Shown here: in pieces, positions 53,201 through 64,000 of the stretch
Position numbering within the stretch: the first letter of the stretch is position 1
How the letters are laid out: the number at the start of each line of letters is the position of its first letter
DNA from: Macrostomum lignano
Lineage: Eukaryota
Assembly (NCBI GenBank): GCA_002269645.1
Contig: NIVC01000759.1
Location: 248,001 to 312,000 of the forward strand
DNA length: 64,000 nt
Reading direction: 5' to 3'
Position numbers and translations under genes: made by a program
The notes under the pieces: generated by a model
Databases searched by the model: none
Seen by the model: the letters and a program-made list of their open reading frames with translations, nothing else
Told to the model about the DNA's origin: nothing

Positions 53201-56200
53201 GGGATTGGCTCAGTGAACGTGTGGGATTGGCTTAGTGAAGGTGTGGGATTGGCTCAGTGAAGGTGTGGGATTGGCTCAGTGAAGGTGTGGGATTGGCTCA
53301 GTGAAGGTGTGGGATTGGCTCAGGGAAGGTGTGGGATTGGCTCAGTGAAGGTGTGGGATTGGCTCAGTGAAGGTGTGGGATTGGCTCAGGGAAGGTGTGG
53401 GATTGGCTCAGTGAACGTGTGGGATTGGCTTAGTGAAGGTGTGTTATTGGCTCAAGAAGGTGTGGGATTGGCTCAAGAAGGTGTGGGATTGGCTCAAGAA
53501 GGTGTGGGATTGGCTCAGTGAACGTGTGGGATTGGCTCAGGGAAGTTGTGGGATTGGCCCAGTGAAGGGTGTGGGATTGGCCCAGTGAAGGGTGTGGTAT
53601 TGGCTCAGTGAAGGTGTGGGATGGCTCAACTCTGCGAAATGGCGTGTGGGCAGACTTAGAACAAGTGTGGGACGGTTAGAAAAGGTGTGGGAAGGCTCAA
53701 CAATACCATGACTCACCAGCGTAGATGAAGCTGAGGTACCAGATGTTCGCCTTTAGGCTTCTTTCTTGGTAGTAAAAGCAGAGACAGGCGTTTCTGAGAC
53801 AGCCTGAAAGCAAAACGAGTTGCAGCCTGAAGACTTTCGGTTCTTATGGGGCCAGAGCGAGAGAAAAGGTATTAAAATAATAAAAGGTGACAACATAAAA
53901 GTAGACAAACAGATAAACAAAGGAGAACTTTTATAAACACTTGCATGTCTAGCCAGTGTACACACGGGCGGGGGTAGAGGGCAGAGAGGAACACGGCCAG
54001 CCAGTGTACACACGGGCGGGGGTAGAGGGCAGCGAGGAACACGGCCAGCCAGTGTACACACGGGCGGGGGTAGAGGGCAGCGAGGAACACGGCTAGCCAG
54101 TGTACACACGGGCGGGGGTAGAGGGCAGAGAGGAACACGGCCAGCCAGTGTACACACGGGCGGGGGTAGAGGGCAGCGAGGAACACGGCTAGCCAGTGTA
54201 CACACGGGCGGGGGTAGAGGGCAGGGAGGAACACGGCTAGCCAGTGTACACACGGGCGGGGGTAGAGGGCAGCGAGGAACACGGCCAGCCAGTGTACACA
54301 CGGGCGGGGGTAGAGGGCAGCGAGGAACACGGCTAGCCAGTGTACACACGGGCGGGGGTAGAGGGCAGAGAGGAACACGGCCAGCCAGTGTACACACGGG
54401 CGGGGGTAGAGGGCAGCGAGGAACACGGCTAGCCAGTGTACACACGGGCGGGGGTAGAGGGCAGCGAGGAACACGGCCAGCCAGTGTACACACGGGCGGG
54501 GGTAGAGGGCAGCGAGGAACACGGCCAGCCAGTGTACACACGGGCGGGGGTAGAGGGCAGGGAGGAACACGGCTAGCCAGTGTACACACGGGCGGGGGTA
54601 GAGGGCAGCGAGGAACACGGCCAGCCAGTGTACACACGGGCGGGGGTAGAGGGCAGCGAGGAACACGGCCAGCCAGTGTACACACGGGCGGGGTTATCAA
54701 ACAAGATCATGAAAAGATAATAAAATGCATAGAAACTAAAATTTAGTAAAACATGGCAGCATGACAGACTTGATACTGCAATATAAATGGACTATTTTGC
54801 ATTTAGCTACTGAACATGTACAATATCAATTGCGCACGCCAAAAGGAGGCATTTAGTTTCCGCAGACACCGAAAGCTGGAAAATATCCGGTTGAAAGCTA
54901 TCGGAAATTTTTAATAGGCAGACAAAATGGGCAACAGGCGATCGGGCCCGTGTGCACAACTCTAATTATCTGCTGCGCTCGGGAGTTCTTGACAGGCAGA
55001 ACTTTCCCGAAATGGCCCACTAGAGGCTTGAATTTGAGAGCTCCCCGGGGGAGGGCAGGGGTAGCGTGATGGTTGAGCTGAGAAACCCGATACTGTGAGC
55101 ACCGAGATGCCGCCCCCTCCCACTACCCCGAGCAAGCGGGTTGGCACCGGATCTGCGTGTTCCACGGTTCCACGAGTTTCAACCCGCACCAGGCAATCTC
55201 GAATGCCGAAATTGGTCGAATCTCGAAGTTTGCATCGGGCCGGGGCATCCAGTTTCAATGGGGTGGAGCGGCAACTGCGGATACACAGCAAAATATTCGC
55301 TGAGAGGGGAGGTTAATATTTTGGGTAGGGCTTGGTGATCGTTCTGATTCTGAAGCCCTGAAGGCCCTGACGCCAAGAATTTTAAAGCCTAATAAGAAAC
55401 GTCTAAAAGACAGGAATGTAGGATGCCTGAAGTATGAGGCCCTGAAGGTCCTGAGGCCCTGAAGGTCCTGAGGCCCTGAAGGTCCTGAGGCCCTGAAGGT
55501 CCTGAGGCCCTGAAGGTCCTGAGGCCCTGAAGGTCCTGAGGCCCTGAAGGTCCTGAGGCCCTGAAGGTCCTGAGGCCCTGAAGGTCCTGAGGCCCTGAAG
55601 GTCCTGAGGCCCTGAAGGTCCTGAGGCCCTGAAGGTCCTGAGGCCCTGAAGGTCCTGAGGCCCTGAAGGTCCTGAGGCCCTGAAGGTCCTGAGGCCCTGA
55701 AGGTCCTGAGGCCCTGAAGGTCCTGAGGCCCTGAAGGTCCTGAGGCCCTGAAGGTCCTGAGGTCTTGGAGTTTTGAGGCCCTGAAGGTTTTGAGGGTACT
55801 GATGCCCGTGAAAGTCTTGAGGCCCTGAGGGTCCTGAGGTCATGAAGGTATTTCAGCGAGGCTTTAAGCTAAAGCACAGAAAGCTACAAAGCTACACAAT
55901 ATTGCATAAAAACGCAAAAAAGTCACGATAGTCACGAGTTAATAACATAAAAAAGCATTTAACACACAGACAGGCCATGCAGAAATAAAGAATACAGTAC
56001 TCAAATGGCTAACGCTGGGGCTAACTGAATTCAACAAGGAAAAATATGTAACACAATATGCGCGGCGATTTTTTATCAGGGCAGCAAAAACTCTCACTGC
56101 CCTATGACTACTGTGCTTACCTTTCAGGCTGGGGCGATGGGACAGCAGAGGCGCAGACCGGCTTGGGAACACTCCGGGCCTACTCAAGCGGCTGTGACTT

Positions 56201-56259
56201 TGCAGTGTATGCGTAACCCACAGATACACCACCCGCGAGCCTAATACACTCTGCTGCCT

Positions 56260-56330
<71 letters not shown>

Positions 56331-59300
56331 GCAGACTGATCATTCGGACTCTCACCAGGTGCAAATTCTAATGCCGTAGTGTCGGTGGGCAAGAGCTGCT
56401 GCTGCTGCTGCTCCTGCTGTTGCTGATGGCGCTCTGAGGACTCCGCAGCAGCCTCCGCGGCAGCCTCCTCAGCCTCCTCCTCCATGCCGATGAGCACTGC
56501 CAGCTGCTCGGGGCTGGGCTTCACCACAGACAGCAGGACCTCCTGGCCGGTGCGCTTCAGTGCCGCTACCGCCTCCTCGTGGGTGACGCCGCGCAGGGAG
56601 GCTCCGTTCACCGACACAAGGCGGTCGCCGACAGCGATTCGGCCGTCCAGTTGTGCGGCGCCGCCTTCGATCAGCTTCGTGATGAAGATGCCGCTGTCGC
56701 CTGGCAGGTGCTCGTTGTGCATTCCGCCTGAGGGACGATTGAGTGGGTCAGCGACTAGTTGATGTGGGTCAGCGACTGGTTGATGTGGGTCAGCGACTGG
56801 TTAATGTGGGTCAGCGACTGGTTGATGTGGGTCAGCGACTGGTTGATTTGGGTCAGCGACTGGTTAATTTGGGTCAGCGACTGGTTAATGTGGTTCAGCG
56901 ACTGTGTGATGTGGGTCAGCGACTGGTTAACGTGGGTCAGCGACTGGTTAACGTGGGTCAGCGACTGGTTGATGTGGGTCAGCGATTGGTTAATGTGGGT
57001 CAGCGACTGGTTAATGTGGGTCAGCAAATGGGTGATGTGGGTCAGCGACTGAGTGATGTGGGTCAGCGACTTGGTGATGTGGGTCAGCGACTTGGTGATG
57101 TGGGTCAGCGACTGGTTAATTTGGGTCAGCGACTGGTTAACGTGGGTCAGCGACTGGTTGATGTGGGTCAGCGACTGAGTGATGTGGGTCAGCGACTTGG
57201 TGATGTGGGTCAGCGACTTGGTGATGTGGGTCAGCGACTGAGTGATGTGGGTCAGCGACTGGTTGATGTGGGGTTGATGTGGGTGAGCGACGGGGTCAGG
57301 TGACTCAGTCAGGTAGGTCAGAGACTAGGTCTAGTGAGTCAGCAACACGGTGAAATGGGTCAGGACCTGAATGGAGTGGGTCATGGTACTATAGGCAATA
57401 CTACAGAAACAAGCAGAGACGGCATGTATGCCACCCATTTTTGGCATTTAATGGAGCAAGCATTAAGGGCGGCAGCCCCTCACCGGCAATGCTGAAGCCG
57501 AGGCCCCTGGCCGTCTTGTTCAGCAGCACGCGAGTCTCCTGCTGATGCTCGCCGAAGATCGCCGAGGCGGCAGCGCCCAGGACGGCGCCAGCGGCCGGCA
57601 GCGGCGGGGTTGGCGCGGGTCCCCGCAGCACCAGGAGGCGCAGGCGGCTGCCCGCCAGCTTCAACGCCTCCACAGCCTCTGCGTGGGTGACACAGGAGAC
57701 GTCGACGCCGTTGACCCGAAGCAGCGCGTCGCCAACAGCCAGGCGGCCTTCGGCGGCTCCGCCGGGCACCAGGCGGGTGACGCGGATCCGTGGGTCCTCG
57801 GCGGCCGCCGCCGGCGCCGGGGCGTCCGAGCCGCCGGCGATGCTGAAGCCGAAGCCGAGGCCTGACCGCTCGAGCGTCACCTCGAAGGTGGACGCCGGCT
57901 GCGCCAGCGACGAGGCCGACGGCGAGGCGGCGTCTTCGCTCGGTGGCAGCGGCGGAGGCGGCGTGGGCGGAGCCGGCCGGCCGTTGTTGCGGCCGCCGCT
58001 GCTGCTGCCGCTGAAGTCCGCCAGCTGGTCAAAGTCGCGCTCGGAGGTCGGCGCGGCGAACTGATGATTTTGCTGCTGCGGGCGACGGTGACAGCTGACT
58101 GACTGCCTGACTGACTGACTGACTGACTGACTGACTGACTGACTGACTGACTGACTGACTGACTGACTGCCTGACTGACTGACGGCCTGACTGACTGACT
58201 GCCTGACTGACTGACTGACTGACTGACTGACTGACTGACTGACTGACTGACTGACTGACTGACTGACTGACTGACTGACTGACTGACTGACTGACTGACT
58301 GACTGACTGACTGACTGACTGACTGACTGACTGACTGACTGACTGACTGACTGACTGACTGACTGACTGACTGACTGACTGACTGACTGACTGACTGACT
58401 GACTGACTATAAAGAGCTCCCAGCAGAATTTACCAGAGCCAGCCAAGCTGCCTACTTCGCTAGCGGTGACCCACCCGTGTCCTCCCCGCCAGCGCAAATT
58501 GGCCGTGAACTCATCCCCCACCCCAGGGGCCTCATTAAACAGGCGGTCAGGGTGTGGGCGGGGGTTGGGCAATAAAAGGCTGTAGGATTCGCCGCCGGCA
58601 GCCGGGATTTAGCGGCGGCACCGAGCTGAGCACCTGGAATCGAACCCGGGACCTCCAGATATTATCTCAATGCTCTATCGGTATTCGGGCGCTGAGCTTT
58701 GCGACTTTAGCGGACACAGGGGGGGGGGGGCAATAATTTGAGCTTGCGGGCAGCCACGCCAGCTCGGGACGCGCGGATGGGTAGAAATCCCACTTCTTAG
58801 CTGCCCCTCCAGTGGGAATTGAGCCATCAGAGCGGCCACCAGAGCTGCTCATCCTCTCTCGTCTCTGCACACGCTCGGCCATCAAGACCGAAGCCGGCCC
58901 GACACCCCCCGGGTCCCAGACACGCAAGGCAGCGGGCAGACGCACTTTACAACCGCGCCAGGCCCAGCCACACGAACTGTTGGCTGACTAAATTTTTATA
59001 CATCTGTGCCCGAGCGGCGTCCCCCCAACCTAGACAGCGGGACGGAGATGAGGCCCAGCGGAGGCTGGAAAATGCTCTCCCGCGGGCTAGTCGATAGGCT
59101 TGGCCGGTTGGATAAGAGGGCCGAAAAAAGCTAAATTGACCCGCCGGTTGAAGCCGCTGCTGGCCGGAGAAACTTTGGTGGGGGGGGGGGGCACTGCCCA
59201 GCTCCATCCTGCCCAGCTCCATCCTACCCGGCTTCATCCTGCCCAGTTCTCCGGGCAATGAAATTAACGACCAAGCCAGCGGCCTCAGTAAGTGTGTTAG

Positions 59301-61009
59301 CATTAGCACAGCTGATAAAATATTAGGCCTGCAATGCAAATTTAAATTGCCTCACAGATTTTTGTGCTCAAGAAAAAAATACTTCCCCAAGCACTTGGCC
59401 GCCCACTTGACCTGCAAAAGAATAATGGCTCCATCATGAGATCTGTGAACTAGTCAGTGCAGCATTAGGCCCTGCCGAACTTGGAGACAGGCATGCAGAC
59501 AGAGTTGCTGCTCTATCTGCCTCATCCCAAGCCAACTCGGAAAACTGTGCGGATATGAATGCGTGCCACAGCCTGCGGGATCCCCTGCGACTTTCTCCCC
59601 AGTTCCCTCGCCAGCCTGCCGGCTTATCAATAATGAAACAGCTTTCCCGCTCTCTGCAACATCCAGCAGCAGCAGCAATAAGCTGCTTGTACCGCAGTCC
59701 TGCCCAACTACAAGCCCGCCAGTCACGCGAAACCCTCAGCTGACCCCCCCTGGCAACTTTGCTTCGCTAAGCATAGGCACAGAACTAGAAAGACTGTCCT
59801 TCTGAGCTGACCTCCCTGACAGCTCAGCCTCATATATTGGATACAAAATAACCCCTCAGCTGACCCCCCTGACAGCTCAGCTTCAATTATCACAGGCATA
59901 AGTTTGACTCCCTCAGCTGACCCCCCTGACAGCTCAGCTACATTTATCATAGGCATAAGTTTGACTCCCTCAGCTGACCCCCCTGACAGCTCAGCCTCAT
60001 ATATTGGATACAAAATAACCCCTCAGCTGACCCCCCTGACAGCTCAGCTTCAATTATCACAGGCATAAGTTTGACTCCCTCAGCTGACCCCCCTGACAGC
60101 TCAGCTACATTTATCATAGGCATAAGTTTGACTCCCTCAGCTGACCCCCCTGACAGCTCAGCTACATTTATCATAGGCATAAGTTTGACTCCCTCAGCTG
60201 ACCCCCCTGACAGCTCAGCTTCATTTATCATAGGCATAAGTTTGACTCCCTCAGCTGACCCCCCTGACAGCTCAGCTTCATTTATCACAGGCACAAAACT
60301 CTCAACTGCCCCCCCTGACAGCTCAGCCTCACTACTCAGAGGCACTGGACTAGAACAGACCGTCCCCCTATTGAACTGATAAGAATGAAAAGCCAGTCTA
60401 TTAATATCGGTAATTAAGTCGGGAAGCCATGTACATGCAAGCGAGGCCATACCGAAGCCCGCCATCCATCACCCAGCGGCCGATCGCCCATTCCCCCCCC
60501 CCATCCGACCTCGGCTGGAGGAACTTTGCTTTCGCCGCCATGTCGAGTCTGTTAATCAACTGGGACAAGAGAGTGGAGAGAGGACAGGATGGGAAAATGG
60601 GATCGCTGGGATGCAGCTGGGATTATATTGAATACCCCCGGCCTGCTCAGACAGCAGGCTCCTCAGCGCTAATCATAATTAACATTCCAGCCGGCATCTC
60701 CCACTCAATCAATCCCCGATCCCCGGGATGCCGCGGACGAAACCGAGATTGCATTAAAGACACGGCGCGCGCGCCACCAGATTACATTACAGACTGCGGA
60801 AACAATGCCAGGAAGGCCGTCCCGATCCCCATGGCAACCAACTCAAAATGGCTTGGACTTGACCCTGCCAATCACTGCAATGCCATGCCATATTTATCCA
60901 GTTTTGAGTCGTTAATGCCCCCACTAAAAAATCCCATTTTCATTAATCTGGCTGGGCAAACTTGCTCGGGTCCGCCCTGCCTATCTTGCCATCCCCCTCT
61001 GCCTTCCTC

Positions 61010-61075
<66 letters not shown>

Positions 61076-62256
61076 TCTCTGTGCCTCTCTCCCTCCCTCT
61101 CTCTGTGCCTCTTTCTCTCTCCCTGTCTCTTTGCCTCTCCCTCTCTATGTGCTTCTCTCTCCCTATCTCTGTGCCTCTCTCTCCCTGTCTCTGTGCTTCT
61201 CTCTCTCCCTCTCTCTGTGCCTCTCTCTCCCTGTCTCTGTGCCTCTCTCTCCGTCTCTGTGCCTCTCTCTCCCTGTCTCTGTGCCTCTCTCTCCCTCTCT
61301 CAGCCTCTCTCCCTCATCTCTCTCTGCCTCTTTCTGTCTGCCTCTCTTTCTCTCCCACTCTCTCTACCCGATTACAGAGCCAAGTTTCGGCGCAAATTTC
61401 ATATTAGCCCTGAGGAAGAACATAAAGTTTTCCAAATATCGGCACTTGCTTCGCTTAAACATCTGCGTTACCGCATCAGTGTTTTGGGGTTTTGAGGACT
61501 CTTCCTTCTCTCCCCTCCATCTGCCCGATTTCAGTTTTGGGGCAAAGTGCAGCCCGGCAGAGGCTGAGCGAACACAACTGCACTGCCTCCTGGCTAAGCG
61601 GTCAGTAATAAGCGGGGCCAAAGTGGCTCTCTGACCCCCCGTGCCCCACGCCACTCTCTCTGCGCTAATTTATTCAGCCATGATTTGCCACCACAGTCGG
61701 CACACTTGCGGAATCTTTTCAGCTGCTCCTTCTAGAGCCAAATTTTTTTTTTGGGGGGGGGCTAGAAATATGGAATAATAAATGAGATATGATTAATCAC
61801 AGATGCGAAACATCGATAATCACGGGGTGAAATATTGATTGACACATGAGAAATTAATAATCAAACATGGGATATTGAAACACGAGATAATCGCACGTGA
61901 GGTCCGGATAATCACATACAAGATATGGATAATCTCGTCAGATATGGATAATCACACACGAGAGATAGATAATCACATGAGATATGGATAATCACATGAG
62001 ATATGGATAATCACATGAGATATGGATAATCACATGACATATGGATAATCACATGAGATATGGATAATCTCACGTCAGACATAAACAATCACCTGCAACT
62101 GAGCCAGCCTGGCCAGGGAGGCAGCGGCGAGGCCGCCGGGCCCCGCCAGACCCTGAGAGTTGGACCAGCGCTCGGCGACCTTCATTGTCTCCAGCGTCTT
62201 CTGCTCTGTGCTCTTGCTGTCGTCCAGCAGAGTGGCTTCGTAGAATTCTTGAATCT
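43453..62256 (-). CDS. dlg1: Discs large 1 MAGUK (L27-PDZ1-PDZ2-PDZ3-SH3-HOOK-GK), first exon not in window
   Basis: Exons 62093-62256 ([16 protein letters not shown]27), 57484-58060 (PDZ1, GFGFSIAGG), 56329-56727 (PDZ2), 49096-49405 (Pro-rich linker), 45998-46601 ([16 protein letters not shown]3 plus SH3 YVRALFDYD), 44559-45384 (HOOK plus [10 protein letters not shown]), 43453-43562 (last exon, TGA). Phases are consistent. Confidence 0.95.
43600..44550. repeat. 15/19-bp minisatellite (CTGACCCAGACACAG[CCAG]), last dlg1 intron
   Basis: Tandem array filling nearly the whole intron. Confidence 0.95.
45490..45910. repeat. ~23-bp minisatellite (GATTAAGGGCGATTCTTGTAGGG)
   Basis: Tandem units between the SH3 and GK exons. 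Confidence 0.9.
46826..47220. repeat. (CAGT)n followed by (CAGA)n microsatellite
   Basis: Direct reading. Confidence 0.97.
47740..49095. repeat. ~33-bp minisatellite (AGGTCAGGAAGCTACCCAGTCACAGCCTGGGGG)
   Basis: About 40 units; begins exactly at the donor of exon 49096-49405. Confidence 0.95.
50060..51050. repeat. 21-bp purine-rich minisatellite (GAGAGACATGAGAGGGTGAGA)
   Basis: Direct reading; explains the SLSHPLM ORFs. Confidence 0.95.
51875..52430. repeat. 18-bp minisatellite (GACATCATGACCTTCAAG)
   Basis: Direct reading. Confidence 0.95.
52675..53620. repeat. 22-bp minisatellite (GGTGTGGGATTGGCTCAGTGAA)
   Basis: Direct reading. Confidence 0.95.
53950..54692. repeat. 48-bp minisatellite (AGCCAGTGTACACACGGGCGGGGGTAGAGGGCAGCGAGGAACACGGCC)
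   Basis: About 15 near-identical units. Confidence 0.97.
55430..55850. repeat. 17-bp minisatellite (GAGGCCCTGAAGGTCCT)
   Basis: Direct reading. Confidence 0.95.
56259..56328. repeat. (AC)n microsatellite whose first GT (- strand) is the PDZ2 exon donor
   Basis: Minus strand reads TCTGCAG|GTGTGTGT... Confidence 0.95.
56745..57290. repeat. 21-bp minisatellite (GATGTGGGTCAGCGACTGGTT)
   Basis: Fills the PDZ1-PDZ2 intron up to ~15 nt from the acceptor. Confidence 0.95.
58095..58408. repeat. (CTGA)n microsatellite
   Basis: Direct reading. Confidence 0.97.
58615..58710 (-). mobile_element. tRNA-like fragment / SINE head with B-box
   Basis: Minus strand GGAGGTCCCGGGTTCGATTCCAGG gives a T-arm and perfect B-box; no complete cloverleaf seen. 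Confidence 0.4.
59735..60330. repeat. ~57-bp composite minisatellite (CTCAGCTGACCCCCCTGACAGCTCAGC core)
   Basis: Direct reading. Confidence 0.9.
61010..61360. repeat. (CT)n and CT-rich low-complexity tract
   Basis: Direct reading. Confidence 0.9.
61890..62075. repeat. 19-bp tandem repeat (GAGATATGGATAATCACAT) next to the L27 exon donor
   Basis: Direct reading. Confidence 0.85.
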
Positions 62257-62299
62257 CTGCGCGGAATGGGAAATCAGGCATTGCGCTTTCACATCATGC

Positions 62300-64000
62300 A
62301 GTGAAGGCCCCTGCCAATACCATTTAGTGAACCCCTGCCAATACCATTCAGTGAACCCCTGCCAATACCGTTCAGTGAATTCCTGCCAATACCATTCAGT
62401 GAACCCCTGCCAATACCATTCAGTGAACCCCTGCCAATACCATTCAGTGAACCCCTGCCAATACCATTCAGTGAACCCCTGCCAATACCATTCAGTGAAC
62501 TCCTGCCAATACCATTCAGTGAACTCCTGCCAATACCATTCAGTGAACTCCTGCCAATACCATTCAGTGAACCCCTGCCAATACCCTTCAGTGAACCCCT
62601 GCCAATACCCTTCAGTGATCCCCTGCTGCCCCTGCCAATACCATTCAGTGAACCCCTGCTGCCCCTGCCAATACCCTTCAGTGAACCCCTGCCAATACCC
62701 TTCAGTGATCCCCTGCTGCCCCTGCCAATACCATTCAGTGAACCCCTGCCAATACCATTCAGTAAACCCCTGCCAATACCATTCAGTAAACCCCTGCCAA
62801 TACCATTCAGTGAACCCCTGCCAATACCATTCAGTAAACCCCTGCCAATACCATTCAGTGAACCCCTGCCAATACCCTTCAGTGAACCCCTGCCAATACC
62901 CTTCAGTGATCCCCTGCTGCCCCTGCCAATACCATTCAGTGAACCCCTGCCAATACCATTCAGTGAACCCCTGCCAATACCATTCAGTAAACCCCTGCCA
63001 ATACCATTCAGTAAACCCCTGCCAATACCATTCAGTGATCCCCTGCTGCCCCTGCCAATACCATTCAGTGATCCCCTGCTGCCCCTGCCAATACCATTTA
63101 GTGATCCCCTGCTGCCCCTGCCAATACCATTCAGTGATCCCCTGCTGCCCCTGCCAATACCATTTAGTGATCCCCTGCTGCCCCTGCCAATACCATTCAG
63201 TGAACCCCTGCCAATACCATTCAGTGAACCCCTGCCAATACCATTTAGTGATCCCCTGCTGCCCCTGCCAATACCATTCAGTGATCCCCTGCCAATACCA
63301 TTCAGTGATCCCCTGCCAATACCATTCAGTGATCCCCTGCAGCCCCTGCCAATACCATTCAGTGATCCCCTGCCAATACCATTCAGTGATCCCCTGCCAA
63401 TACCATTCAGTGATCCCCTGCAGCCGCTGCCAATACCATTCAGTGATCCCCTGCAGCCCCTGCCAATACCCTTCAGTGATCCCCTGCCAATACCATTCAG
63501 TGATCCCCTGCAGCCCCTGCCAATACCATTCAGTGATCCCCTGCAGCCCCTGCCAATACCCTTCAGTGATCCCCTGCAGCCCCTGCCAATACCATTCAGT
63601 GATCCCCTGCAGCCCCTGCCAATACCATTCAGTGATCCCCTGCAGCCCCTGCCAATACCATTCAGTGATCCCCTGCAGCCCCTGCCAATACCATTCAGTG
63701 ATCCCCTGCAGCCCCTGCCAATACCATTCAGTGATCCCCTGCAGCCCCTGCCAATACCATTCAGTGATCCCCTGCAGCCCCTGCCAATACCATTCAGTGA
63801 ACCCCTGCCAATACCATTCAGTGAACCCCTGCCAATACCATTCAGTGAACCCCTGCCAATACCATTCAGTGAACCCCTGCCAATACCATTCAGTGAACCC
63901 CTGCCAATACCATTCAGTGAACTCCTGCAGCCCCTGCCAATACCATTCAGTGATCCCCTGCAGCCCCTGCCAATACCATTCAGTGAACCCCTGCCAATAC
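62300..64000. repeat. 24/33-bp minisatellite (GAACCCCTGCCAATACCATTCAGT plus a 9-bp insertion variant), runs off the window
   Basis: Direct reading. Confidence 0.97.

Noticed and set aside
54962-55340. GC-rich intronic patch with short ORFs in dlg1
   Set aside because: No recognisable domain and no convincing phase-compatible splice pair found.

Overview
Eukaryotic (metazoan) genomic DNA with GC-rich exons, GT-AG introns and introns packed with minisatellites. The style suggests the flatworm Macrostomum, but that is inference only. Three spliced genes can be rebuilt by hand with matching exon phases. (1) A ~24-exon polycystin-1 family (PKD1-like) gene, + strand, 313-18948. Its ectodomain carries three discoidin-like modules, a C-type lectin, a fibrinogen-related domain, PKD/REJ and GAIN; the GPS cleavage motif is degenerate; PLAT and the channel domain follow. 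(2) ATG16L1, + strand, 35911-41620, six exons. (3) dlg1/discs-large MAGUK, - strand, 43453 to at least 62256; its first exon was not found in the window. Between genes 1 and 2 lies a young, full-length Ty3/gypsy LTR retrotransposon (-, 19955-29733). It has apparently identical 707-bp LTRs, a tRNA-Leu PBS, a G GGA AAC -1 frameshift, and a large non-env third ORF. It sits in the middle of a ~300-bp Harbinger-like MITE and keeps 8 nt of tRNA-primer sequence at one end. A second, decayed gypsy element lies at ~32245-35300. Most long ORFs in the track beyond 36 kb are tandem-repeat artefacts.
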